Position numbers and translations under genes: made by a program. From Phoronis australis (taxonomy: Eukaryota; Animalia; Phoronida), in assembly GCA_002633005.1 (NCBI GenBank), contig NMRA01000056.1:195165-259164 (forward strand): DNA of 64,000 nt. Reading direction: 5' to 3'. Each line of letters starts with the position of its first letter. Positions within the stretch are counted from its first letter, which is position 1. Shown here one piece after another: positions 37,190 through 49,844 of the stretch. The notes under the pieces are model-generated. The model made no database searches and was not told the DNA's origin. It worked only from the letters and a program-made list of their open reading frames with translations.

Positions 37190-39511
37190 TTCGAGGAAGC
37201 CTTTATTGTATAAATTGTGGGTTGGAATAGACCTGGTGAAAATTTGGGCCATTATATGGATGAGAACAGTGCAGGGTGCCGTGCCGTGCTGTGCCGTGCC
37301 GTGCCGTGCCATTTCTTTTTTTCTATCATCTAGTTACCCCAAGTTCAAGGGTGTATAGAACCTAGGGCCCCATGGACAAGTCGTAGCCAAATATCTATTA
37401 AACTGTAGATCTTAACTCTGTAAAAGTATATATTTTCTGAAAGTAGAATTTGATTTTTTGACTCTTTACTAACCTGTCATTAATTGGGTCACGTGACCAT
37501 GTCTTTTTAACAAAATTTGGTTGTATGGCACTTTTGATTGTTTTTATGAAAATCACAAAAGTCCTGTATTTGATAGCCTGTCGTGCAAAAATGGAACATT
37601 TCAAAAACAACAGAATTTTGGAGAACAGTGGATGAAGCTCTTCATCTGAAAGTTTTATTTGAATCCAATCGGCCATTTCTGAGGTATGATGTTCCGAATT
37701 AGCCAAAGTTGAAGATTTGGTAAGGTCTACATAACTTAAATATCTTAATTCGTAGTGAGTCTGCGAATCCATGTCATGTTCACATCCATGCAGTATAGGA
37801 AAGTGACCGCGATTAACTCGCCTGGAATAATTGTCTTTCCTTGTTGTGATGACATTCCTATTGATTTTCTTGTTGTCACGGCGACTTGATAAACCATGGT
37901 TTTGCCAGTGAACGCTGCCAATTTCCGAACTAGTGCAGTGCTGGAGATCTCCTTAGCCGTGATTACAGACTGAGCTGTGAGGATTTCTGGCCATGATATC
38001 TTGCATGGTTAATCTCAATTTAAGCCCAATGACTGTCCAAGTATTCCGATTTTCCATATAGTCGGTGGGCCAGATTTTGTAGGGCCTCTAGAAAATGGTT
38101 TTTGTGAGTACTTTAGGGGGGCAATTTTATTTTGGTGTTTTTTAATTCATTTATTAGAGTGTTTTCAAAATCTAAAAAGTTCCCACATATAAAGTTGCAC
38201 ATTTTTAAGAAATTTGAGTTTGAAGTTACCTAATAATCACCAAAGAGCTTAGTGAACTTATATTTGTAAAAACAACGGTTTTGGTGACTTTTTTGTAAAA
38301 CAAGTAATATGGTCCCATCAGTGACATTGTATTGAACAATATTACACTCACATTACATGTTTTACTATGTAAATTGTTAATTAACAGTGAAATTTAAAAA
38401 ATGTTAAGAGACACCTAGTGGCGAAAATGCAAACTAAGTCTGAATGTTACTAGGAAGTTATTCTGGCATTGTTAGGCAACAAAAATAACACAAAACACTT
38501 GAGACTGGGCAAAATTTGTGCCTCAATGACTAAAACATTGACTAATGGTGTAAAATACAGCTTGTTTGCATAATATACCAGAAATACGTTATAGTACAAA
38601 AACAATATAGTTGAATGATCTCTGTGAATGTGCACAAAGACTGTATGAAAANTTCGAGGAAGCCTTTATTGTATAAATTGTGGGTTGGTATAGACCAAGT
38701 GAAAATTTGGGCCATTCTTTGGATGAGAACAGTGCAAAGGTACCGTGCTGTGCCGTGCCGTGTCATTTCTTTTTTTCTATCATCTAGTTAGATACCCCAA
38801 GTTCAAGGGTGTATAGGACCTAGGGCCCCATGGACAAGTCGTAGCCAAATATCTATTAAACTGTAGATCTTAACTCTGTAAAAGTATATATTTCTGAAAG
38901 TAGAATTTGATTTTTTGACTTTTTTACTAACCTGTCATTAATTAGGTCACGTGACCATGTCTTTTTAATAAAATTTTGGTTGTATGGCACTTTTGATTGG
39001 ATTTATGAAAATCACAAAAGTCCTGTATTTGATAGCCTATCGTGCAAAAATGGAACATTTTAAAAGCGACAGCATTTTGGTGAACAAAGCCCTTCGTCTG
39101 AAAGTTTCGTATGAATCCAATCGGCCATTTCTGAGGTATGATGTTCCGAATTAGCCAAAGTTGAAGATTTGGTAGGGTCTACATAACTTAAATATCTTAA
39201 TTCGTAATGAGTCTGCGAATCCATGTCATGTTCACATCCATGCAGTATAGGAAAGTGACCGCGATTAACTCGCTTGGAATAATTGTCTTTCCTTGTTGTG
39301 ATGACATTCCTATTGATTTTCTTGTTGTCACGGCGACTCGCTAAACCATGGTTTTGCCAGTGAACACTGCCAATTTCCGAACTAGTGCAGTGCTGGAGAT
39401 CTCCTTAGCTATGATTACAGACTGAGCTGTGAGGATTTCTGGCTATGATATCTTACATGATTAATCTCAATTTAAGCCCAATGGCTGTCCAAGTATTCCG
39501 GTTTTCCATAT
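37190..39511 (+). repeat. ~865-bp direct duplication (37190-38059 / 38653-39511) across an assembly N
   Basis: Two highly similar copies; the second starts on the base right after the N at 38652. Confidence 0.9.
37385..37740 (-). mobile_element. Repeat family F copy (duplicated at ~38826-39191)
   Basis: Reverse complement begins TTTAAGTTATGTAGACC; homologous to 30987 and 11090 copies. Confidence 0.55.
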
Positions 39512-40292
39512 TGCGAAGAGCACCAGGCATAGAGTTCTATGGACTCCTTCATATGTTTGTAGTGTTGTTTATAATTAGCTTCGGTTGCTATGGCTGTCAG
39601 TTGACCAATATTTGCTCAATATTATTATCCGGGTGTATGAAGTGCCCAGTTTGTTTGTAATAACAAAATGAATAGTTAGTTAAAGTACACCAGTTTAATG
39701 TTTAAGAATCAAAATGGCTGATTCATCTGATTTCTGCCATGTTGTCAAGAGTAGTGTTGCAGTTTATGTTGAAGCTCTTTGAAAGGGCTCACTGCAAAGC
39801 TCTTTCAAACAAATTAGGCAACTTTTACCTGAAACAACTTTTGCAAAGATTATTCTATAAAACTGAAGTCTCGTTCACTCACAGCCCACCCTAGAACAAC
39901 TTGCACTGGTGCAACTTACCTCACTTTAGTGGAGCGTAGACATACACAAATATCCGATAACTAAGGCGGAAGTTGTCACTCTGCATGACGAATAGCTAAT
40001 GCCAAAACCGCGCGGAAAAGAAGACCCGTCTGCATAACGACAGCTGATAATGATTTCCGCTTTGCCCCAGGTTTGTGACCAAGTGGCGCAAGTTACCCTA
40101 GAACAAGTTACCCCACCTCTGTAAAGGTGATGTAAGTTGTCACAAGTGGGGTAAGTTGCACTAGTTTGAGTAGCATCCGGAAAGCCCCTAGGGACAACTC
40201 AAATCTGTGTGGACAATGTATAAACACTATGCTGTATGTGGTATGCCTAAAACATTTCGCAGTCAGTGTATTTACTTTGTATACCCACACTA

Positions 40293-40450
40293 CATAGGCA
40301 GATCCAGAGGGGTCAAGGGGGTTTGGGCCCCCGTTTTCTCCTTGATTTTAGTGATAGCAAATCTAGAATTTTCAAATTGTTGTGTTGGACACCCCTTTTG
40401 AATAAATCCTTGATATGACTCCTCTTTACAAAATCCTAGATCCTCCCCTG
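40293..40450. mobile_element. Degenerate hAT-like MITE (CAGGGGCGGATCCAG-type ends)
   Basis: CATAGGCAGATCCAG ... CTAGATCCTCCCCTG imperfect TIRs; CACTA on both flanks. Confidence 0.5.
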
Positions 40451-42061
40451 CACTAGCTTTTATTTTCTTGCTTAGATCCTGTTGTATTATCTCCACATGT
40501 GTATTTTCAGACAAAAAACATGACATTGTCTTGCAATACCAGGCATCATACCCAATAATGCCAAGTGACAATTTCTGCTTTTGGTAACTGGGCTTCATTT
40601 CTTCCTTTCTCATAATTTGTCTTTGAGGAACTAATGTTGGGCGTACTCACGAAATGTCGTCATTTTCCGCAACATTTTGTTTCGGTGAAAGGAATGCATC
40701 CTTTAATTACAGATGTAATCTATAGGAAATTTTTCTCCAATAGATGGCATTGCTGGTCTTGATTTCACTCTCCAGTGACATATGCTGGTTTAGTTCTTTG
40801 TAGTTGTATCAGTACCACTTCTGATTGTGTTCTTTAGATTTGGATAATTGAAGAAGTATTTTGCAAATTTCAAACATAAAATGTTATTACCTAAAACCTG
40901 GTATGTAAGGCCTGATGGACCTAATATATTCGAGTATTGTAGTAATTGTGGCGTTTTATCTAAGCTTAGCCCACAGTCTTTGCCATGTCTTATATTTCGT
41001 TGTGGTATGAACAGATGACTTCATCAAGTTTAAATGTCAGTTTTGCACAGTGTATTGTAGTTTTTTTTTCACTTATTCAATATGTTCATGGAATGATTTG
41101 TCTAACCAGCATTTTAATAGCTCTGTCAGTAATTACCATTTGGTTAGGGCTGATTGTCAGAAAACCGCAGAAAATTAGTAACTGGCTTCATACAAAAAGA
41201 ACAGTGGTAATTGCACTTTATGGTAATGTTCTTAAAAATACGCCATGTCATTTATTAGACCGTGGCCTTATACACCATGTTTTCCGGTGCATACTTCTAA
41301 CTTTTGAAATGTGGAACAAAACCAAGACCATATAAAGCAATAGTTATAAGCATTCTAATCTTCTTGTTTTAAAGCGTTCAAGTAAAATCGACAAAACTAT
41401 GGGTATTTTGCCTTAGAGCTGATGCTATATTTGGACCGTGGACGGTATTTTATTCATGAGGTGTATGCTTAATTTATAGTGGTTCTTCACGTATTTAGCA
41501 TATTGCATGCCGAACAATTGAAATATTATTTTGTCAGATAAGAAAAAGTCTTAAGATGGCTTTAGTCGATTAAGAGGTTGGGTTGGTACTATATATCACC
41601 AGCAGTTTTAGTTGATCGCTGTTCCTTGTAAAAGATTTTTCTGGGAATTAATGTTATCCGTTTCCACTGATGAATTCTGGTCTATGTAGTGACATAAATG
41701 GTTGATTAGAATTCAAATTGACAGGTACCACAATATAATTTTTCATGTAGGTTTGTCATCAATCCTCATAATTTATATTTCTTATCACTCAGCAATAGCA
41801 ACTGACCAAAACAGATTTCCCATGCTAGGAGGCTATGATTGATTGCAAAACTGATGGTCATTTATCATAAGCCTGATATGAATTCATGCCATCCAAAATG
41901 GTTGCTGTATAGATGATAAACATATGAAGGTCTCGGTAATTAGAAAAAAATGGCTGTTTGGCCATTATTTCGGAAATCTCGAAGTAAAACCAAGGTGTTA
42001 TCTTGCTACAGGCTATCATCAAAACAAACTGAAAACGAAGAATTGTCGGCGGTCTACGCTT

Positions 42062-42543
42062 CTCATTAGGGAAATCTTAAGCTAACAGAATATGCATGCA
42101 AGTGGACCAAAAAGCGTGCACTGTTTTACCCCAGAGTACGCAGTCCTCAGCACATCAATTAGGCTTGATGGCGCCATCACAGATTGAAGGGAGCTGGTCG
42201 CTACTCAAGGGCCTGGCTGGAGATGGTGGATGAGATAATTGCAGCCGTAAACCAACACGCCTGTTTAGCGTACAAGTTTCAACGTAAAAAATGAACTATA
42301 AGAAAGGCAAATGACCAACATGATTATTTCAAAATTGAGAAGTAAATAGTAGCCGTCTTTGATTTTTTAAAATTGATTTATTATAAGAGAAATTGACGAA
42401 TAGGATTTCACAGCATCACGACTAAGCCATGCTGATTAATTTGTGAATCGATTAAGACGGGTTAGTCACAGTCTATCTTAGGCTCACTGATGGGGGTGTA
42501 TGGGTGACAAAACCCCAAATGTTAGTGTAGGAGTTGTCTCATG
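42062..42543 (-). mobile_element. MITE family B, copy 3
   Basis: Reverse complement of family B; shows CTCATTAGGGAAATCTTAAGCTAACA end. Confidence 0.85.
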
Positions 42544-44092
42544 TTCTTTCAAAGTCAAGTTAGAAAATTGATAAAACCAGAGACATCTTGCCCCTTAAAG
42601 TGGTTGCAAATCAATGTTCAGTCGCAGAAGTGAATTTTTGATTTAGACCACGCTATCAAATTGGTCTCGACTTTTTTTTCTTTTCTTTCTCAGATGAGAA
42701 GTGATTTCTGGGTTTACAAAAGACCTAACAGTTCGTTATTCATTGAGACCATTTATAGTCACAGCGCATAATATGGCACCACATGACAAGCCAACTTGTA
42801 GAGCCAACTATCCAGCAATGACCAACTGTCAGTTCTTTCCACGCTCTGACGTCATCTCCAATATCTGTTCACACGCCAAAACCGGGTTTGGTATCCTTTT
42901 AAAAAGGACCTATCTTAGCAAAATGGCCCCAACTTATCCACCCACCTCCTGTCTGTATTAAACAAACATTACCTCATCTCTTGTGTACTAGGACAGACAC
43001 TTGCATGTTTAGTGGGAAAACACTCCAGGAATGTCCTTGTGAATCAGGTGTCATGTGGTGCATTGATGCAATAGAACATTTTTCAGACAGGGATGCTTCC
43101 TCCCCTATACCAAATGTTGTCTTTGGAGATTCCACTCCGAAACTGACCAAGCAGGGCATGTTGTGAGTAAACTTTTCACCAGCAGATGGCATTGAAAAAA
43201 TTTCTAGTTGAGTCTCCGTAAAATTTTGTGGTCTTGGATTCTTCCATGTCAAATTCTTTGCATTAAAAAAGTTTAATTCTATATATTTATCATCTGATAC
43301 CACAATCTTGTCAAATTGGGCTTCCTCGACTGTTAGGTTGATTAATAATTTGTACAACAACCTGCAACAGTGTCATCAATTCTGATATCATGGCCAGTAA
43401 TCTTAGATAAGATCCTTCTGTTTGGAGGAGAGCAATAACTACATTAACTTGAGTTAACACCAATAAAACATGGAGTGAAATAAATTACATGCTGGACCGA
43501 ACCTGATGATTTTTCAATCTGTTTGGCTTCTGAAAATGAATTTCTAATTAAAAGCCATGTTAGAGCACCACCACCCCCACTAGTCCCCCAACTCAAGAAA
43601 TACCAATAAAAAGTGTTCAAAATGATTGATTGGATGAGTATATTGACAAGTGCTGAATCAATCAGTACGACTTCACCTTAATTAATTCATATGTGTTACC
43701 ATCCACGCGTGATAGATTGATATCCGCATTTGGAAACTGCTGTTCTCTGGAGTTGACATTAAAGGAAACATTTGTAAAAACATAAAACCTGCAAAAACAG
43801 TAAATGGNCCTATTGAGGAGACAATGACCATGCCTTTCCATTTTGCAAAGTATGCCCTCTACTGGCCACTTTATGGTACCAATAAACAACCCTAGAAGGA
43901 TACCGTATGCGGTGCAATTGTGGGCGCATTTCAACGCTCCGCGTTGCTCTTGTTTATTGGTTTTATGCCTTCTGCCTTTTATGGGCTCAGATGATCGATT
44001 TTTAACTCTTTGATTCAGCTTATTTTTGTATTCAATTGTTGTTTTTCTATCCACAGGACAAAGTTCCTCTGTGTATAAAGCAACCCCTCGTC

Positions 44093-44263
44093 ACATGCCT
44101 AACTTCTTGATACAACGCATTGCCAGTTTTTCCCACAAGCCCAAAAATCAACTTTTCTGAATCCAGCCAAAAAACCCCTAGCAACATGCCTAACTTCTTG
44201 ATACAACGCATTGCCAGTTTTTCCCACAAGCCCAAAAATCAACTTTTCAGAATCCAGCCAAAA
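44093..44263. repeat. 91-bp-period tandem duplication
   Basis: ACATGCCTAACTTCTTGATACAACGCATTGCC...AATCCAGCCAAAA x2, nearly identical. Confidence 0.9.
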
Positions 44264-44385
44264 GTTGTTTTCTTGATAAAAGGCGAGTGTTTCAAATTGG
44301 AGTCGGATTCATATTTGTTTTGTCAGGCTTAGAAGTTGTTTATCAATCAGATGATGTTTGTTTGTGTTTACTAGCTTTCACCAAG

Positions 44386-44463
44386 GTCAATATGTTGGTT
44401 TTCAGACCCCAGAACAGTCAAAGTCATTACCACATTTTGGGGTCTGAAAACCAACATATTGAC
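44386..44463. repeat. Short inverted repeat / hairpin
   Basis: GTCAATATGTTGGTTTTCAGACCCCA ... TGGGGTCTGAAAACCAACATATTGAC. Confidence 0.85.
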
Positions 44464-45224
44464 TGGTGTGTGAAAGTCAACAACTTTTATTTATTTATTG
44501 TTGTGATATTTAAAATGAGGGTGGCCTCTTCAGTGAAAGCACTGCTTTCCAAGAGGGCCCTCATGTTGCTTTGTTTACTTTTACCTGGTGTTTTATATTT
44601 TACTGTTATTTGAAAACAAATGTGACATCAGAATCTAGATGAAATCCATGGTTTATAAGTTGGGTTTACAAATTACATCCCACTCACCCACATCACCTGC
44701 AGTCAGCCTATATTTTGTGTTTCCTATGCAATATACAAAATCTGGTAGAAATAGTTACTGGCACAATACTTTCTAATGAAGATTTACACGCTCAGTTAAC
44801 TTGGGCATGTCTTTTTGGGAGTTCTTTTCAATTCCAATCCAAGTGGTATATGGTGTGAAAATAAATATAAAGTGCTTAAAATGATAGAATGGTGAATATT
44901 TGAAAAAATACCAAATAATACCACAAAACATTTAATTATTGGCAGAGACACATACGGATAACTGCAATGACACAGAAGTTATTTGTTCACCCCACATCAA
45001 CATTCCATTGTTAAATCCACCTGTTTACTTCAAAGTTTAACTTGTTCATACTGACCAAACATCAACACCTGAACGTTTAAAAAACAGCATTTGCAAGCGG
45101 TCTGGTACCACGTGAACATACAGCTCGGGTTGGCCCACTGTACTGATCACATGCTTTCATGCTTTATCAATACATAGATGAAACCGAGCTGAGGAGCTAG
45201 AGACCTGACTTGAGGGTCTGGCAG

Positions 45225-45306
45225 TGTGCCCCATTAGGACTCGAACCCACGCCCCCCCCCTCCCCCCGACCTTGAGTAAAGGAGCAGACACTTATCCAAG
45301 AAGGCC
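45225..45306 (-). mobile_element. tRNA-derived SINE head relic
   Basis: Minus strand GGCCTTCTTGGATAAG (A-box-like) and GGTTCGAGTCC (B-box, 45237-45247). Confidence 0.5.
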
Positions 45307-46766
45307 TCACGGTCTCCTCGATGCCTCAATTGGTGTGTTGAGCCCCTATGAAATAGGAAATAACATGCTATATAGATAACCTCTTGTGCAATAATTAAAC
45401 ATCACCTGTTTAACCACTATTTCTAATCATACTTCATGTTGTCAGCTAATGGCAAATTGGCCCAGATTCAGTCACAACAGCTGCTCTCCAAGGCTATCAA
45501 AGGGAATTCACGAAGCCACATATCTCCTGCAGGAGTTAATTGGGTACACTAAAGCCACAGTTTTGCAAAAGGGTGGTTCTTCAACTAATGCCATTATGGC
45601 GTGAATTGAAATGGCTGACTGATGTGCAGTAGTTGAAGAAGCGTCAAATGTGGATAAGAAATAATGTGTGGGTTATAAAGATCATTAATTGGCATCGACA
45701 TGCTACATTGAATTGTGCTGTTTGCTCTCATGTGTATTAAGTAGCCTTATGGTACCCTGGAACTCCAGCGTTGTTACAGACTGACAACATTCTAGGTGGC
45801 TAATGCACAATGGAACATTTGTACAGATTTTGTGCACCTACGTATTTATATGTGGATGCATCATATTGGTTTGATTTTGAAGTTTTCACTGGCTGCCGGT
45901 GTTGGACAACATCTTATGGGATGGTTGCGTGAAGTTTGAAAAAGAATTTCATATAAATTTCTGCCAATTCCTGCCAATTGAAGGCTGTTCGCTTGTTCTT
46001 TTTACCACTTAATAGCCTCTCTCTGGCAGTCAGCATTGAAACCCATTTTTTAACACAGCATGCCTGTTGTCTGCATGAAACTGTTACCTCTCATGATTCA
46101 GTTTCCTTGTATTTTAAACTGAAATTTCAAGCTGTAGCGTATTTCAACACTCTGGAGCTGCTGTCGATGATGATTTCTGATCGGATTGCATTAAGGTTTA
46201 GAAACATAATGACACTAATCCGGTCCTGAATTGTTGCTGAATAAACCATATTCGAATTAGCAATGATAAGGTTGACCAACTCCTATGAAGTGACTGAAGC
46301 ATTGCTGATGATTTTATTGTTCATGTCGGCCTGATTAATTCTCATTTATTTAGCAAGCTAACTTAGCCTAACGCAGCTTTAACTGACATGTAGCGAGTGT
46401 GGTCATGAAGCAATGAGTGTTCTTTAAAGTCCCTCGTGTAAAAGGTTAGTCTAAAGCAATTTGAATGAATTATTGAAATTCCCTGTTGTTATTTTTCCAG
46501 TGCTTTTGACATTGTTGTGAATGCTCACAATTAGTGACATTATATATTTTATTATATTTATTTCGCTTTCTCCAAAATAAATCAAATACAGGGGGCTATA
46601 ATAATTTAACTTGAGTGCTGGACAAATATTTGTAACCACTGTTGCCGAACATTGCTCGATTCTACATGCTTGTCACATTTTTGATATTGTTCTGTCTATT
46701 ATAAGCAATGATGTGTTTCTTTGTTCTGCTATTAACAAATTGCTTGCATTGTAAAAGAATCCAGTT

Positions 46767-47182
46767 TCATGAGACAACTCCTACGCTAACATTTGAGGTT
46801 TGTTGCCCCAACACCAAAGTGAGGTTGAACCAGACTGCGACTAACCCTTCTTAGTCAATTCACGAATTAATGCGCGTGGCTTAGCCACACTGCTGAAGAA
46901 AGCCTATTCGCTAATGTCTCTTATAATGCATCGATTTTAAAAATTTGAAGGCTGCTAAGGCAACTTTTCAATTTTATAATCAATTATGTTGGTCGTTTGC
47001 CTTGCTTACTGTTCATTTTTTGACTTTGAAACTCGTACACTAAACAGGCTCAACAGGCAGTCAGGTTACAGCTGTTATTATCTCATTCAATACACATTCA
47101 GCCAGACCCATAGTGACTGGCTCACTTCAATCAGACATGCTGAGGAATTCACTGGATACTCCAGTATACAGTAACAGGCTTT
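46767..47182 (+). mobile_element. MITE family B, copy 4 (3' degraded)
   Basis: TCATGAGACAACTCCTACGCTAACATTTG start, colinear body. Confidence 0.85.
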
Positions 47183-47270
47183 TTCCTCTGTGAGGGGAGA
47201 GCCCAATGAAAGGCCCAGTTAGTAATGCATGTTTGAACATTCAGCCCCATTGAAACAGGAATTTGTTATA

Positions 47271-47752
47271 AGGCCCTTTCATATTGACATAACTCTGGTA
47301 TGAGCGGAGCGTCGACGTAAACAGCGCAGTTAACTGGACCGTTCATACTGGCATTGGTAGTTAATGACCATCGATGTAAAGGGTTCAGGTTACGCTGACG
47401 TCATCGAAGTTATCGCAAGGTAGTGCTGCACGCTAAGATTTTTTCAATGTGACAATTTGGGAACATTTAAATGTGATAAATGACATTAAACTCATTTTTA
47501 AATCGATTGGTTATCATTAGAGCAAAAAATAAGTAGTTATTAGTGACAGCACTACTCTGTAAGTGTTGACGATAACAGTGGCACCTGGCGATAACTTCGA
47601 TTGGACCGGAGTAAAGCGTTCATACTGCACTGCAGCGTCGACTCTGCGGTCTTAAATCCACCTGTTCACTGCGATCCAGGACCGGAGTTAGCATTCATAC
47701 TGACCGCAACTCCCCAAACCATCGAGGCTTCGACCTTAGTATGAAAGGCCCT
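47271..47752 (-). mobile_element. MITE family A, full copy (internal deletion)
   Basis: Reverse complement of 8349-8853; TIRs AGGCCCTTTCAT/ATGAAAGGCCCT; 3-bp TSD ATA. Confidence 0.9.
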
Positions 47753-49770
47753 ATAGGGTAATGTTGCCAGAGTTGTCAACTTGTCAACTTGTCTGGACTG
47801 ATGTCTTGGGTGATAACAGCTGATCATTGTAAACAGTTTGAGGCTGGCCTTGCTGTTCAAACCAAGTTCTCCCTGCACAAAAAATCAAACATGATGCAAA
47901 TTCCGCATCATGTTTTTGTATTCTAATTTCCTTTATCTTAATTGTGGAATGTCAACAGTGTTGCACATTATTTTCACGTGCCGCGCATGTCACTATCATT
48001 TTCACTTCAAAATGATAAAAATAAGTAACCCTATGCAACACAATTTTAATCATTTGCCCTGGGACTTTGGCTTTTCAAACATAACTTAAGATTTTAAACA
48101 TGGTTTAGAAAGGGTGGGTTCAACATGCTTCAAAACATTTCAAACAATTTATAGCACCGTCATTCTTGCAGCGAGAATACTGCCGTAGCTGCTTATCCAT
48201 TGGTTACCGCAACTTCCAACGTTACTACGGTGTAAAGCGCTTTCAATTTAGTACAAAAAGTCTTTAGTAAGGAACTTTTATGGTTGTTACGTGTTTTCTA
48301 CGTCCGCATATCATTAGCCAATATATTGTGGAATTATGATCATTTCAGCAAATGCCGCGAACCTTTGAGAAACGGAAAGTGCCAATTTAGACTATTTTTT
48401 ATTGGAATTTCATGAAACTTTTGTGTGCTGTGACAAAATTGTCTTGCTCAGTTTGTCTGAAACCCATTGGTTAAGCATTGGTTAAGTAGCGTGAAATTGA
48501 GGTCATTAGAATTAGTAATGTCACAGATTTAATAAAGATATGGCTGGTCGTCATAGCGATCAGCTGAGGACACCCAGCTTGTACTGAGTGAGCATATAAT
48601 GAATGGAATTGAAATTTTCTGCCCTTATTTGGGTTGTACCATGTCAGAATATAAGGTGATTAGTGTATTGATGAAGGATTATATATGATTGCCTTTTTGT
48701 GGGGTTGGCTGCTGTCAGTTGACTTTAACCAGCAATGGTATGAATAGGGCTGCATAGCGCCAGTCAAAACATTTTATCATCTATTAGGTCACAGGAGTTA
48801 TCTCTAGGTTGTGATAGACTGTCAGTACCAAGTTTGCTCAAGTGGTAGTCAAATATAGCCGTAAAGGTTGTGGCTTTGAGCCGAGTCATGACTTCAGTGT
48901 TGGAACGAGACTCGAGGGTTACTTGTTCAGTCCAGTTGCTGTATCGAGGGGGAATGTGAGAAGCAACAGAGATTTATTTTGCTCCATACGCCTGTAGAAG
49001 TGCCTTTTTTACGACAACAGAGAGATTAATTTCCAGCACTGCTTTATTATGCCTCTTCTAATTGAGCTAATTATGAGTTATACAAATCATTAAGAAACCG
49101 AGAGGGATGATGATTGCTGACCTGGAGGAATATTAACTGTTTGGATACCCAGGGCAAACAACCACTGCTTGTGAGTGGTGAGGATTAGTCACACTCAAGA
49201 GGGCAGATTGGCCAGTTCACTAGGACAATGACTGCCGTTTGCAGGTTAATCCGCTAAATAAAAGGAACCCACTATTGAGTGAACTGGGAGGCCATCCTAC
49301 TTGTTGTTAAAGGAACAGCTGATATACACTGCCTGAGAAGTTATTGATTTCCACTAATGTTTTTACACATTACTCGATTGAGGATTAATTCAACCGGCTT
49401 TAATCTGCATATTGTTTATGGTCGATTGCTCTTCAAGTGTGACCGGTAAAAGACTCGCTGTGGCTACTGAATTGGGACGGGTAGCTCATTTCCTGAATGT
49501 GACTGGGGAAAGTTCGCAGGAGTCTGAGTGGATTATTCTAACCAGGAATGCTACAAAGTTACTGATGATGGAGTAAACATACGTGTTTCTAGTTGATAGT
49601 TGCCAGTTTTGGTTGGTTTATTGCAAGACCATAAACTGTTCTGGCAGGCCTGGATCTATTATAAACTGTCAGTTTTTCCTTTGATTGTATACTGCATTTG
49701 GTACTGTTTCAAAACTGCGGTAGTTTTTTTGTTAGAGATTAACAGTTTTGTTACCAAGTAGCTGTGTGTC

Positions 49771-49844
49771 ATGGCGAACTACCCTCACTCCAGTCTGGCG
49801 CTCTATATGAAACGGCGTCGTGACCGAACTCCGATGGTCTTCAC
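49771..49844 (+). CDS. PDE4: Putative PDE4 alternative first coding exon (N-terminus C)
   Basis: Kozak gtcATGG; open to AC|GTAAGT donor; 24 codons + 2 nt (phase 2); locally CpG-rich. MANYPHSSLALYMKRRRDRTPMVF(T). Confidence 0.65.

Noticed and set aside
42694-42771. Strong polypyrimidine acceptor (ttttctttctcag|ATGAGAAG)
   Set aside because: All three frames hit stops within ~80 nt and no good donor follows; not a coding exon.
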